DNA of 62,134 bases from Acidimicrobiales bacterium (GCA_033851875.1 JAWSVN010000017.1:277-62410); one strand, 5' to 3'; counted from the first letter of the stretch, positions 10,701 to 20,800 are shown. The notes: generated by a model not told the origin, from the letters alone. Program-made: numbers and translations.

Positions 10701-11929
10701 TGGACCTCCATCTCGACGACGACGACCTCGCCCAGTGCGTGCAGTGCGGCCTGTGTCTCCCCCACTGCCCGACCTACCGGGTGACCGGTGACGAGACCCG
10801 CTCGCCCCGGGGCCGCATCCGTCTGATGCGGGAGGTGCAGGACCACGACGCCCCGCTCACCGACGAGGTGCTCGACGCCTTCGACACCTGCATCCAGTGC
10901 CGGGGCTGCGAACCGGCGTGCCCGTCGGGGGTGCCCTACGGGCGACTCATCGAGGGCACCAACGAGGCCCTGACCGACGCCGGCCACGGGGCCCCGTGGT
11001 GGCAACAGCTGGCGATGCGGCCACTCGCCAGCCCGACGGCGTTGCGGGCCGGGACGACGGCGATGGCGGCCGCCCAACGGACCGGCCTGCTCGGGCTGGT
11101 CGGCAAGGTCGTGCCCGCCGTCGCAGGACTGCCGGCCGACCTGCCCCTGTCGTCGCCCGCCCTCGTGGCGACGCCGGTCGACCGTCCGGCGCCGGCCGGC
11201 GAGGTGATCCTGTTCACCGGGTGCGTGATGGACGCCTGGCAGCGCGACGTGCACGCCGCCGCCCAGCGGGTGCTCGAAGCCGCCGGCGCCCGTGTGGTGC
11301 CGGCGTCGGACCTCGGGGCCGGGTGCTGTGGGGCGCTGCACACCCACGCCGGCTTCGGCGACGAGGCTCGTTCGATGGGGGCCGAGGTGGCCGACGCTCT
11401 CGCCGGCGACCAGCCGATCGTCGTCGACGCCGCCGGCTGTGGGGCCGAGCTGCTGGCCAACCCGGCGGTCGCCGACCGGGTCGTCGACGTGTCGACGTGG
11501 GTGGCCGCGCACCGCGACCGACTGCCGTCGGTGGCGCCGATCGAGGCCCGGGTCGCGATCCAGGATCCGTGCCACCTGCGCCACGTGCAGAAGGCCCACG
11601 ACGCGGTGCGGGTCGCCCTCGCCCCCTTCGTGGCCGAGGTCGTCGAGCTCGACGACGACGGCCTGTGTTGCGGGGCCGGCGGGGCGTTCAGCGCCCTGCA
11701 GCCGGACCTGGCCGGCGAGGTTCGCGGCCGCAAGCTGGCGGCCCTCGACCGGGCGGCACCCGAGGTCGTCGCGTCGGCCAACCCCGGCTGCTCGCTCCAC
11801 CTGGCGGCCGGCTACCGAGACCGAGGCGGCACGGCCCCCGAGGTCGTCCACCCGATCCAACTCATCGACCGAGCGCTCCAGCGGGCGCAGAAAGGTGCGC
11901 CTGCATGTTCATCGACGCCAACGGACTGA
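10700..11929 (+). CDS. glcF: (Fe-S)-binding subunit GlcF-like
   Basis: ATG at 10700 overlaps the glcE stop. Two 4Fe-4S motifs (CVQCGLCLPHCP and CIQCRGCEPACP) are followed by Cys-rich CCG-type repeats. Confidence 0.8.
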   Translation: MDLHLDDDDLAQCVQCGLCLPHCPTYRVTGDETRSPRGRIRLMREVQDHDAPLTDEVLDAFDTCIQCRGCEPACPSGVPYGRLIEGTNEALTDAGHGAPWWQQLAMRPLASPTALRAGTTAMAAAQRTGLLGLVGKVVPAVAGLPADLPLSSPALVATPVDRPAPAGEVILFTGCVMDAWQRDVHAAAQRVLEAAGARVVPASDLGAGCCGALHTHAGFGDEARSMGAEVADALAGDQPIVVDAAGCGAELLANPAVADRVVDVSTWVAAHRDRLPSVAPIEARVAIQDPCHLRHVQKAHDAVRVALAPFVAEVVELDDDGLCCGAGGAFSALQPDLAGEVRGRKLAALDRAAPEVVASANPGCSLHLAAGYRDRGGTAPEVVHPIQLIDRALQRAQKGAPACSSTPTD

Positions 11930-12705
11930 CGTTCTACGTCGAGCTGCACGGAGACGAGACGGCCGACCGCCGGATCCTCAACATCGGGGGCACCGGCGGC
12001 GACCTGCGCACGTCGATGCCCGACCGCAATCCGCTCAACACGATCGGCCACGTCCTGCACTACGACCAGCGTGGCCTCGGCCAGACCTCGAAGCCGGCCG
12101 GACCGCACGAGATGGCCGACTACGCGGATGACGCTGCGGCCGTGGTGCGGGCGATCGGCTGGGAGCGGTGTCACGTGGTCGGCACCAGCTTCGGTGGCAT
12201 GGTCGCCCAGCACCTGGCGATCCGGCACCCCGACCTCGTCCAGCGGCTCGTGCTCAACTGCACCTCGCCCGGTGGCACCCAGCCCTCGTTCCCGCTCCAC
12301 ACCCTCGAGGAGCTCGACGCCGAGGCCCGTATCGAGCTGATGCTGGGCCTGCTCGACAACCGTTGGGACCCGGGACGCGACGACCCGATCCCCGGCCTGC
12401 CGAACGCGTTCTACGACACGATGATCCAGGGCTACCGCACACCGCGGACCGGCGAGGCCCGCACCGGCTACCTGGCCCAGCTCGACGCCCGCAGCCGCCA
12501 CGACACCCAACGGCGACTCGGCGAGATCGGTGCACCGACCCTCGTCGCCGCCGGCGCGTTCGACGACCTCGCGCCCCCGCCCAACTCCGAGGCGCTCGCC
12601 GAAGCGATCCCCGACGCCACCGTCGAGTTCTTCGACGGCGGCCACCTGTTCATGCTCCAGGACCGCACGGCGTACCCGCGGATTCTCGAGTTTCTCCAGG
12701 ACTGA
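11905..12705 (+). CDS. alpha/beta-fold hydrolase
   Basis: ATG at 11905, 266 aa, overlapping the glcF 3' end by 25 nt. Nucleophile elbow VVGTSFGGMV (GxSxG) and C-terminal GGH. Confidence 0.75.
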   Translation: MFIDANGLTFYVELHGDETADRRILNIGGTGGDLRTSMPDRNPLNTIGHVLHYDQRGLGQTSKPAGPHEMADYADDAAAVVRAIGWERCHVVGTSFGGMVAQHLAIRHPDLVQRLVLNCTSPGGTQPSFPLHTLEELDAEARIELMLGLLDNRWDPGRDDPIPGLPNAFYDTMIQGYRTPRTGEARTGYLAQLDARSRHDTQRRLGEIGAPTLVAAGAFDDLAPPPNSEALAEAIPDATVEFFDGGHLFMLQDRTAYPRILEFLQD

Positions 12706-12785
12706 GCTCCCCAACGACCGAACCCCCAACGAGAAATGGGGATCTCCCCCACGACCCCTGGGACCCCGGGGTCGACGATCGGGAC

Positions 12786-13298
12786 ATGGCAGCACCGCTC
12801 GATCGTCGGTCCACCCTCGTCGGAGCCGGAGCCACCCTGGTGGCGGTCGGCTCACTCGGTGGGGTGTTCGGCCTCGGCGTGTGGTGGGGCGGCCGCTCCG
12901 CCGAGGCGACCGCCGAGGAGCCGAGCCACGAGCCCGCCGAGGCGATGACCGAGACCGCGGCTGCGGGCGAGCCGCTGGCGGCGCTCGTGGGGGCGACCGT
13001 GGAAGCCGGCATCGTGACGATCGAGGTCGAGTACCGGAACTGGCCGGAGCCGGTCAGCATCGCCTCGGGCCATCACGCCCACGTCTACGCCGCCGATCTG
13101 GCGGTCGAGACCGTCGGTGCGCAGAGCGAGATCAGCGTCGGCGGAGGGAGTTGGGAGGTGGTCGACGGCGAAACCGTGCAACTCTCCGAGTTCCTGTCGC
13201 AGGAGGCGATCGAGGCAGGCGGCGTCTGTGTCGCCACGGCAACGCCCATGCACACCCTGGCCCACCTCGAGACGAACTGCGTCGAGCTCGAGCCCTAG
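12786..13298 (+). CDS. secreted/anchored hypothetical protein with Tat-like signal
   Basis: ATG at 12786, 170 aa. The N-terminus LDRRSTLVGAGATLVAVGSLGG is a twin-arginine-like signal followed by a hydrophobic helix. Confidence 0.5.
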   Translation: MAAPLDRRSTLVGAGATLVAVGSLGGVFGLGVWWGGRSAEATAEEPSHEPAEAMTETAAAGEPLAALVGATVEAGIVTIEVEYRNWPEPVSIASGHHAHVYAADLAVETVGAQSEISVGGGSWEVVDGETVQLSEFLSQEAIEAGGVCVATATPMHTLAHLETNCVELEP

Positions 13299-13324
13299 TT
13301 CTCCTGGGCAGTAGCCGGCTGCCG

Positions 13325-13810
13325 TCAGGAGGGTCTGCTCCCCAGCGAGCCGAGGAGACGGGGGCCGTCGAGCACGGCGACGAAGGGAAGCACGTCGTCG
13401 AACTCGGCGAGCACGAAATCGGTGAGCTGATCACGCACGACCTGGCACAGCGCCTCGCCGTCCCACGGCTTGGCGACGTAGTGGTCGAGGCCGGCGTCGT
13501 TGACGGCCCGCACGGTGTCGTCGAGGCCGGCCTGGCCCGTCACGAGCACCTTGCGGGCGGCGGCGTGGCGGGGGTCGGCGTCGAGCTCGACCAGGAAGTC
13601 GACCCCGGTCCGGCCCGGCAGGCGATGGTCGGCCAGCACCAGCCCGAGTCGGTCACCCGCCGCGTCGGCCTCGCCGACGGCGGCCCAGGCGTCGTCGACG
13701 TCGCTGGCGGCGTCGACCCGCACGGCCGGGGCGAACCCGTCGAGGTCTCGCACCAGGGCGTCGCGCACCTCGGCTTCGTCCTCGATCACGAGCACCCACA
13801 GCTGTCCCAT
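13325..13810 (-). CDS. stand-alone response-regulator receiver protein
   Basis: ATG at 13810, 161 aa. REC signature VLVIEDE..LVLADHRLPG..VLVTG..YVAKPW with no DNA-binding output domain. It starts 1 nt after the kinase stop. Confidence 0.8.
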   Translation of the reverse strand: MGQLWVLVIEDEAEVRDALVRDLDGFAPAVRVDAASDVDDAWAAVGEADAAGDRLGLVLADHRLPGRTGVDFLVELDADPRHAAARKVLVTGQAGLDDTVRAVNDAGLDHYVAKPWDGEALCQVVRDQLTDFVLAEFDDVLPFVAVLDGPRLLGSLGSRPS

Positions 13811-13811
13811 C

Positions 13812-15599
13812 TCAGGCTCCTTCCTCGACCGGTAGCAACACCGCTCGCGGCAACAGCACCGTGGCGGTGGTCGCGTCCCCGCTCGCCAGTTCGATCGTGC
13901 CGGCGTGATCGTCGACGATCCGGCGGGCGATCGACAAGCCGAGGCCGAGGCCGAACTCGACGCGACCCCCTTTGGTGGTGAATCGAGGCTCGAAGATCCG
14001 GTCGAGCACATCGGCCGGGATTCCCGGCCCGTTGTCGACGATCCGGACCCGCACGTCGCCCCCGTGACGGTCGACGACCACATCGATCCGGGCTGCCGGC
14101 CGGCCGTCGAGGGCGTCGAGGGCGTTGACCAGCAGATTGGTCCAGACCTGGTTGAGCTCACCCGGGCGCCCGAGGATCGTGGGCACGTCGTCGTAGCGCC
14201 GTTCGACCTGCACCCCGTCGAGACGGTGGCCGAGCAGGCGGAGCGTGTCGTCGAGGCCCTCGCGCACGTCGACCTCGACCTCGTCGCCGGTGTCGTCGCG
14301 CACATAGGAACGGAGCCCGCTGACGATCCCGGTGATCCGGTCGGTGGCCGACGCGGCGTTGCGGACCGAGGTGCCGAGCTGCCACAACCGGACACGGCGG
14401 TCGAGGGCGGCGGCGCCGGCGGCGACCAGCCGGTTGGCCTCGGCGGGCGTCGCCACGCCCGCCCGTGCCAGTCGATCGGCGAGCGCGTCGTCGCTGAGGG
14501 CGGCCGCCAGTTCGCGACGGCGCCGCCGCAGCTCGGAGGTCGAGATCGGCGAGGCGGTCGAGGCCTCGTCGAACACGGCGCGGTCGTCGACGTCGAGCAG
14601 GGCGCCGAGATCGGTGGCTACGTGATCGGCCGCTCGGGCGAGGGCACCGACGGGGTTGTTGAGTTCGTGGGCGACCCCGGCCGACAGCTCGCCCAACGTC
14701 GCCATCCGGGCCGAGTCGATCAGGCGGACCTCCGCAGCAGCCAGGGTCCGGTTGAGGGTCCGCAATTCGAGGTGGAGTTCGTCGGCCCGCACCAACCGCT
14801 TGGCCAGGGCCCGCAGCAGGAGCGCCGAGAACAGGGTGCTCACCTCGGGATCGTGACGCATCGCCTGGTCGAGCTGTTCGAGGGTGAGGTGGATCGCTGT
14901 CACCGGGCCGGCGGCCACCGCGGTGACGAACGCCGCTCGCTGCTGGGTGAACGACAGCATCCCGACCACGCCGCCCGAGGAGTTGCGGTGGAGCACCTGT
15001 TCGCCGTGAGCGGCCCGACGGCTGAGTTCGATGTCGCCGTCCTCGACGATGAACACCGCGTTGACCTGCTCGCCCTCGCGGACCAAGGTGGCGCCGGCCC
15101 GCAACAGGAGCCGCGGGCGGGGGCCGAGGGCGCGCTCGATCGCCGTCACCAGACGGGTCGACACCTCGGCGTCGTCGGCCTCGAGGGCCTCGAGGGCCGG
15201 GGCCCGGTCGAGATCCGGGGTGGGGGCGGCCCCGTCGCCACGACGAATCTGGGCGGCGAGGTGGCGGGCGAACTCGCCGGGGGTCCAGGTGGCGGAGACG
15301 ACGCCGACCAGGGTCCCGGCCGACACGGCGGCGTCGAGGCCGGTCAGGCGGGGCTCCGGGGTGAGGAGCAACACCCTCGTCGGGCCGGTGACAGCAATCA
15401 GCTCGTCGACCGGGACGTCGATGGCGACCAGCAGCGAGATCGGGCGGTCGACGGCGCGGAGGTCATTCAGCGTCGTGGCGGCGTCGGCGACGGTCGCCAC
15501 GACGGTCGTGACGGCTGGCAATTCGCGTTCGATCTCGGCGACCACGGGGGCGACGAGCTCACCCGAGCCGACGAGGAGGACGAGGGGGTTCACCGTCAC
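13812..15599 (-). CDS. cytoplasmic sensor histidine kinase with cyclic-nucleotide-binding-like domain
   Basis: GTG at 15599 forms a GTGA overlap with the transporter stop; 595 aa. The N-terminus is REC-like. A cNMP-binding-like segment follows (LRAGATLVREGEQVNAVFIVEDGDIEL..GGVVGMLSF). Kinase boxes are H-box ELSAGVAHELNNP, N-box NLLVNALDA, G1 DNGPGIP and G2 GLGLGLSIARR. Confidence 0.85.
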   Translation of the reverse strand: MTVNPLVLLVGSGELVAPVVAEIERELPAVTTVVATVADAATTLNDLRAVDRPISLLVAIDVPVDELIAVTGPTRVLLLTPEPRLTGLDAAVSAGTLVGVVSATWTPGEFARHLAAQIRRGDGAAPTPDLDRAPALEALEADDAEVSTRLVTAIERALGPRPRLLLRAGATLVREGEQVNAVFIVEDGDIELSRRAAHGEQVLHRNSSGGVVGMLSFTQQRAAFVTAVAAGPVTAIHLTLEQLDQAMRHDPEVSTLFSALLLRALAKRLVRADELHLELRTLNRTLAAAEVRLIDSARMATLGELSAGVAHELNNPVGALARAADHVATDLGALLDVDDRAVFDEASTASPISTSELRRRRRELAAALSDDALADRLARAGVATPAEANRLVAAGAAALDRRVRLWQLGTSVRNAASATDRITGIVSGLRSYVRDDTGDEVEVDVREGLDDTLRLLGHRLDGVQVERRYDDVPTILGRPGELNQVWTNLLVNALDALDGRPAARIDVVVDRHGGDVRVRIVDNGPGIPADVLDRIFEPRFTTKGGRVEFGLGLGLSIARRIVDDHAGTIELASGDATTATVLLPRAVLLPVEEGA

Positions 15600-17020
15600 A
15601 GCACGCCCAACAGACGCCACAGGGGTGGGCCGAGCACGACGAACACCGCCAGGCCGATCGCGCCGACGGCGATACCGCTGCGGGCGAGGTCGCGCCCCTC
15701 GACCACGCCGGTGGCATACGCGATGGCGTTGGGCGGGGTCGAGATCGGCAGGGCCATCGCCAACGACGAGCCGATCGCCAGCATCAGCACCGCCAGCAGC
15801 GGGGCGATCATCACGGCGTCGCTGGCCGCCAGGGTCACCCCGATCGGGATCAGGAGGTTGGCGGTCGCCGACGACGAGATGACCGTCGACATCCCCAGCG
15901 CCACCACGGCGAGGGCCACCACGAGCAGGCCGCCGGGCACCGAGTCCCAGGGCACGAGCCCGACGAGCCAGGCGTCGAGCCCGGTCGTGGCGACGCCGGT
16001 GCCGAGGGCGACACCGCCGCTCACCAACCACAACACGTCCCACGGCATCGCCTTGAGGTCGTCGGGCCCGAACACCTTGGTGGCGAGCAGGATCACGACC
16101 GGCACCAGGCTGACCGCCGAGATCTGCACGCCGTGGAGCGGTTGCGACAGCCAGCCGACGACGGTGAGGGCGGCCACGACGTAGAACAGCCGGGCGGCGG
16201 GCGAGGTGTCGAACTCGACGTCGATGCGGACGTCGAGGTGGTCGGCCCGGGGCGGGAAGAGGCGCATCAGCACCACCCACGACGCGAGCAACACCACCAG
16301 CGTCAGGGGCAGGGCGAGCAGGACCCAGTCGAGGAAGGTGAGGTCGACACCGTTGTCGGCCAGGACGCCGAGGGCGATGGCGTTGGGCGGGGTGCCGACC
16401 GGGGTCGCGATGCCGCCGACGTTCGCCGCCACCGGCACCGACAGGGCGAGGGCGGTGCGGAGCGGATCGCCGGCCTCGAGCGTGCCGATCACGGGCAACA
16501 ACACCGCCAACATGGTGGCGGTCGTGGCGGTGTTCGACATGAACATCGACAGCACGGCGGTGATCAGCATGATGCCGAGCACGGTGCGGCGGGGCGACGG
16601 CACGAAGGGCCGCAGGAGCACCCGGGCCAGGTTCTGGTCGAGGGTGAACACCTCGGCGCCGTGGGCGATGAAGAAGCCGCCGAGGAACAGGACGATCACC
16701 GGATTGGCGAGGGCGGCGTAGAAGTCGGCGGCGGCCGGGGCGTCGGCGGCGACCGGCACGACGGCGGCGTCGCTCACCAGGAGGACCTCGGCGAGGATGA
16801 TGCCGATGGCCGTGGCGTGGAGGGGGATGGCCTCGCTCACCCAGAGGCCGACGGCGAGCAGGAAGGCGCTCAGCATCCGGTGGCCGCTGGTCGACAGGCC
16901 ATCGAAGGTGACGACCCACGGGATGGCGGCGGCGGCGAGCGATCCGGCGAGCCCGACGCGCTGGGCGTCGGTGGGGCTGGCGATCGTTCGGACCGGGCGT
17001 CGGTCGACGGCGGGCACCAC
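15596..17020 (-). CDS. DASS/SLC13-family anion:sodium symporter
   Basis: 474 aa polytopic protein. The duplicated hairpin motifs MFMSNTATTA and ALPISTPPNAIAY are typical of divalent-anion:Na+ symporters. Confidence 0.85.
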   Translation of the reverse strand: MVPAVDRRPVRTIASPTDAQRVGLAGSLAAAAIPWVVTFDGLSTSGHRMLSAFLLAVGLWVSEAIPLHATAIGIILAEVLLVSDAAVVPVAADAPAAADFYAALANPVIVLFLGGFFIAHGAEVFTLDQNLARVLLRPFVPSPRRTVLGIMLITAVLSMFMSNTATTATMLAVLLPVIGTLEAGDPLRTALALSVPVAANVGGIATPVGTPPNAIALGVLADNGVDLTFLDWVLLALPLTLVVLLASWVVLMRLFPPRADHLDVRIDVEFDTSPAARLFYVVAALTVVGWLSQPLHGVQISAVSLVPVVILLATKVFGPDDLKAMPWDVLWLVSGGVALGTGVATTGLDAWLVGLVPWDSVPGGLLVVALAVVALGMSTVISSSATANLLIPIGVTLAASDAVMIAPLLAVLMLAIGSSLAMALPISTPPNAIAYATGVVEGRDLARSGIAVGAIGLAVFVVLGPPLWRLLGVL

Positions 17021-17086
17021 CTCACCCTATGTCCGCTGACCTGGGTGGATGGCCGGGAACCGGGTGACAGGTGCGACCCGTGAAGC

Positions 17087-17100
17087 GGGCCGTTCGGCCC
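17087..17100 (-). terminator. short GC hairpin downstream of the 17131 gene
   Basis: GGGCCGTTCGGCCC is a palindrome (5-6 bp stem) 31 nt after the stop at 17131. There is no U-tract. Confidence 0.3.
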
Positions 17101-17130
17101 TGTTGCCTGTCTCGTTCTGCTCGGCGCAGC

Positions 17131-17397
17131 TCAGCCGCCGAAGCAGTGGCCGAGGCAGGTCTGCCAGCGGGCGTCGATCTCGGCGGTGACGGCGTCGAGA
17201 CGGACGGCGTCGGCGGCCGGCAGGACGGTGCCGGCGGCCCGGTGACTGAGGCGCTCCTCCTCGGCGAGCAGGTCGGCGAGGACTCGGTGGGGAAGGTCCT
17301 CGAGGCTCACCTGGATCGGCGAGGCGGGACGGGCAGCCGGCCGATCCATGCGGCGGCGGGCGGCGTCGAGCATCAGGGGGAGTTCGGCCAGAGCCAT
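17131..17397 (-). CDS. small hypothetical protein (88 aa), paralogue of 6404-6706
   Basis: ATG at 17397, inside the 216-aa track ORF. Contains ADLLAEEERL..VRLDAVTAEIDARWQTCLGHCFGG. It starts 3 nt after the stop of the upstream 100-aa gene. Confidence 0.5.
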   Translation of the reverse strand: MALAELPLMLDAARRRMDRPAARPASPIQVSLEDLPHRVLADLLAEEERLSHRAAGTVLPAADAVRLDAVTAEIDARWQTCLGHCFGG

Positions 17398-17399
17398 CG

Positions 17400-17702
17400 T
17401 CACCACCGCCCGCAGAGGTCGGCCATCTCGATGGCGGCTTCGACGGAGGCGAGGGCGCCGAGCACGAGGTCCTCGGTGTCGGCGTCGTCGATCGAGCCGA
17501 GGAGCTGGAGGTCCTCGATGACCTCGCCGATCAGGCGGCGGACCTTGGGGCGCTCGTCGCTCTGGTAGAGGTCGAGGAGCCAGTCGGTGCAGCGCTGGAT
17601 CGAGATGCAGCCGACGGTGTCGTGGTCGGCGCTGAAGAACGCCTGGGTGACCTCGGCGATCTCGGTGGAGCTGGTGTGGCTGGTGTGCTCGGTGATGGTC
17701 AT
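17400..17702 (-). CDS. small acidic hypothetical protein (100 aa)
   Basis: ATG start preceded by GAGAGGG. GC3 is uniformly high. It is tightly coupled to the 88-aa gene downstream. I recognise no family. Confidence 0.5.
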   Translation of the reverse strand: MTITEHTSHTSSTEIAEVTQAFFSADHDTVGCISIQRCTDWLLDLYQSDERPKVRRLIGEVIEDLQLLGSIDDADTEDLVLGALASVEAAIEMADLCGRW

Positions 17703-17816
17703 GATCGTTGCCCTCTCGGTGTTCGTGCGACCCAGTCACATGCTCAACGCTGTGTGGGTGCTGGTCGCTTGTGAACATCAAGGTACGAACGATCTTCGAC
17801 CCCGGAATCGGGGGAA

Positions 17817-17844
17817 CCCCTATGGTCCGGGGGACCCATAGGGG
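17817..17844 (-). terminator. hairpin downstream of the carboxylase gene
   Basis: CCCCTATGG-(10 nt)-CCATAGGGG is a perfect 9-bp stem 33 nt after the stop at 17877. A second 5-bp hairpin CCCCGGAATCGGGG lies at 17800-17813. Confidence 0.5.
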
Positions 17845-17850
17845 GGAGCT

Positions 17851-17886
17851 ACCAGGTGGCTGTCACCAGGTAGCTGTCACCAGGTA
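17851..17886. repeat. 14-bp tandem duplication (about 2.5 copies) spanning the carboxylase stop codon
   Basis: GCTGTCACCAGGTA occurs at 17859-17872 and again at 17873-17886, with a partial copy ACCAGGTG at 17851-17858. Confidence 0.9.
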
Positions 17887-20800
17887 TCGATGGCCGGACG
17901 CTTCTTGCCGGAGCGGGGCAAGGGGGCGGGGGCAGCCCGGAGCATCGTGAGGATGACCCGACGGCTCTCGGCCGGGTCGATCACGTCGTCGATCTCGAAG
18001 TGGTCGGCCATCGAGACCGCCTTGCCGACGGTGTACATGCGGTCGACCATCTCCTGGTAGGTGCGTTCCCGCTCCTCGGGGTCTTCGATGGCCGCCAATT
18101 CGTTGCGGTAGCCGAGTTGGACGGCGCCCTCGAGGCCCATGCCGCCGAACTCCCCGGTCGGCCAGGCGACGGTGAACACCGGTGACTTGAAGCTGCCGGC
18201 CGCCATCGCCTGGGCCCCGAGGCCATATCCCTTGCGCAACACGATCGTGCACATCGGCACCTCGACCGAGGCCCCGACGACGAACAGCCGCGACGCGTGG
18301 CGCACCAGGGCGGTCTTCTCGGCCTCGGGGCCGACCATGATCCCCGGCGTGTCGCACAGGTTGACCACCGGCAGGTCGAAGGCGTCGCACAGCTGCAGGA
18401 ACCGGGCCGCCTTGTCGGCACCGTCGGCGTCGATGGCGCCGGCCAGGTGGGCGGGGTTGTTGGCGACCACGCCGACCGGACGGCCCTCGATGCGGGCCAG
18501 GGCGGTGATCATGCCGAGCCCGAAGTCGGCCCGGAGCTCGAGCACCGAGTCGACGTCGAAGAGGAGGTCGATCACCTCGCGCACGTCGTAGATGCGCAGG
18601 CGGTTCTCGGGGATGACGTGGCGGAGACGGCGCTGGTCGTGCGCCTCCCAGTCGTCGGTTCGGCCCTGGAAGTAGGCGAGGTACTGCTTGGCCACCCGCA
18701 CCGCCTCTTCCTCGTCGTCGACGAGGATGTCGATCACGCCGTTGGCGGACTGCACGTCGCTCGGCCCGATCTCGGTGGGGTGGAACACGCCGAGGCCGCC
18801 GCCCTCGATCATCGCCGGGCCGCCCATGCCGAGATTGGAGTCGCGGGTCGCGATCACGACGTCGCAGCAACCCAACAGGGCGGCGTTGCCGGCGAAGCAG
18901 TAGCCGGCGTTGATGCCGACCAGGGGCACCAGGCCGCTCAGTTCGCCCCACAGGCGGAACGCCATGCAGTCGAGGCCGGCCACACCGACGCCGTCGGTGT
19001 CGCCCGGGCGGCCGCCGCCGCCCTCGGCGAACAGAATCGTCGGCAGGCGCAGCTCCTGGGCCAGTTCGAACAGGCGGTCCTTCTTGCGGTGGTTCTGGTG
19101 GCCCTGGGTGCCGGCGAGGACCATGTAGTCGTAGGTCATCACGACGCACTGGGCGTCGTCCTCACCGAACGCGTCGCCGTTGACCGAGCCGATGCCGCCG
19201 ACGAGGCCGTCGCCGGGGGTCTTCTCGATCAGTTCGGGCAGGGAGCGACGCTTGCGTTGGGCGGCGACGACGAGTGGCCCCCACTCCATGAAGGTGCCGT
19301 CGTCGACCAGGTCGGCGATGTTCTCCCGTGCGGTGCGCTTGCCCTTGGCGTGGCGCTTGGCCACCGCCTCGGCCCGGTTCTCGTCGAACCCGAACCCGTG
19401 GCGTTCGTTGACCTCGGCCAGGTCGGCGCGCACGTGGTCGAGGTCGACCTCGGCGCTGCCGGCGGCCTCGTCGCCGGCCACCTCGGCGGCGTCGAGCACG
19501 AGCAGGCCGTGGCCCTCGAACACGGCGTCGCCCGGGGCGACGGCGATCGCGCCGACCACCCCGGAGTGGGCGGCGACGACGACGTGTTCCATCTTCATCG
19601 CCTCCATCACCAGCAGCTGGGCGCCGGCGGGCACGGCGTCGCCGGGGGCCACGTCGATCGTGACGACCGTGCCTTGGAGGGGCGCGGCGATCGTGCCGGG
19701 AGCGAGATCGCCGACGGGCGCCGAGGTCGCGGCGGTCGCGGTCGAGCCCGCCGGGCCGGTCCAGGCGGCGGCGTCGGCGGCGAGGCGTTCGGCGTTGGCG
19801 GCGATGAAGGTGGTCGACACGTCGTTGGCCGCCACGGCCTCATCCGCGAGGAGGGCGGCGAGGAAACCGAGGTTGGAGGCGGGGCCGTCGAGGGCGAACC
19901 GGTCGACGGCCCGGGCGGCCCGGACCAGGGTCTCCGCGTGGTCGCGGCCGTGCACGATCACCTTGGCCAGCAACGAGTCGTAGGCCGGTGAGGTGGTGTA
20001 GCCCTGGGCGCCATAGGTGTCGACTCGCACCCCGGGGCCGGTCGGCGGCTCGAAGCGGGTCAGGGTGCCGCCGGCCGGGCGGGTCGAGCCGTCGGCCTCC
20101 ATCGTCTCGAGGTTGACCCGGAGCTGCACGGCCTGGCCCCGGCGGGTCGGCGTCTCGGCCAATCCGACCTCGGCGAGGGTGCCGCCGGCAACGATGCCGA
20201 GCTGGGTCTGCACGAGGTCGACGCCGGTGATCTCCTCGGTCACGGTGTGTTCCACCTGGAGGCGGGCGTTGGCCTCGATGAAGAAGGCGTCGCCGCTCCC
20301 CCGGTCGACCAGGAACTCGACGGTGCCGACGCCCCGGTAGTCCAGCGCCGCCCCCAGGGAGACCGACCACTCGGCGAGGCGGTCGGCCAGGGCTCGGTCG
20401 AGGGTCGGCGACGGGGCGTACTCGACCACCTTCTGGTGGCGGCGCTGCAGGGTGCACTCGCGTTCGTGGAGGTGCACGACGGCCCCGGAGCCGTCGCCGA
20501 CGATCTGGACCTCGACATGTCGGGCGTCGCCGACGAGCCGTTCCGCGTAGACCGCGTCGTCACCGAAGGCGCCCAGCGCCTCGGAGCGGCAACGTTCGAG
20601 GGCGGCGGCCACGTCGGCGGGGTCGGTCACGATGCGCATGCCGCGCCCGCCGCCACCGGAGACGGCCTTGAGCACCATGGCGCCGTGGTCGGCGAGGAAC
20701 GCGGCGGCCTCATCGGCGTCGGCGAGCACCTCGGAGGCCGGCAGGACCGGCACCCCGACCTCCGCGGCGATGCGGCGGGCCTCGGCCTTGTCGCCCAGCG

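Noticed and set aside
15600-16919. N-terminal 440 residues of the 1035-aa track ORF for the histidine kinase
   Set aside because: This part is an out-of-frame reading of the DASS transporter gene (R/P/G-rich). The kinase begins at GTG 15599, which overlaps the transporter stop.
17863-19991. 428-aa and 564-aa ORFs overlapping the carboxylase gene
   Set aside because: They are alternate-frame or antisense ORFs inside a gene with continuous BC/BCCP/CT homology. They have R/G/P-rich composition.
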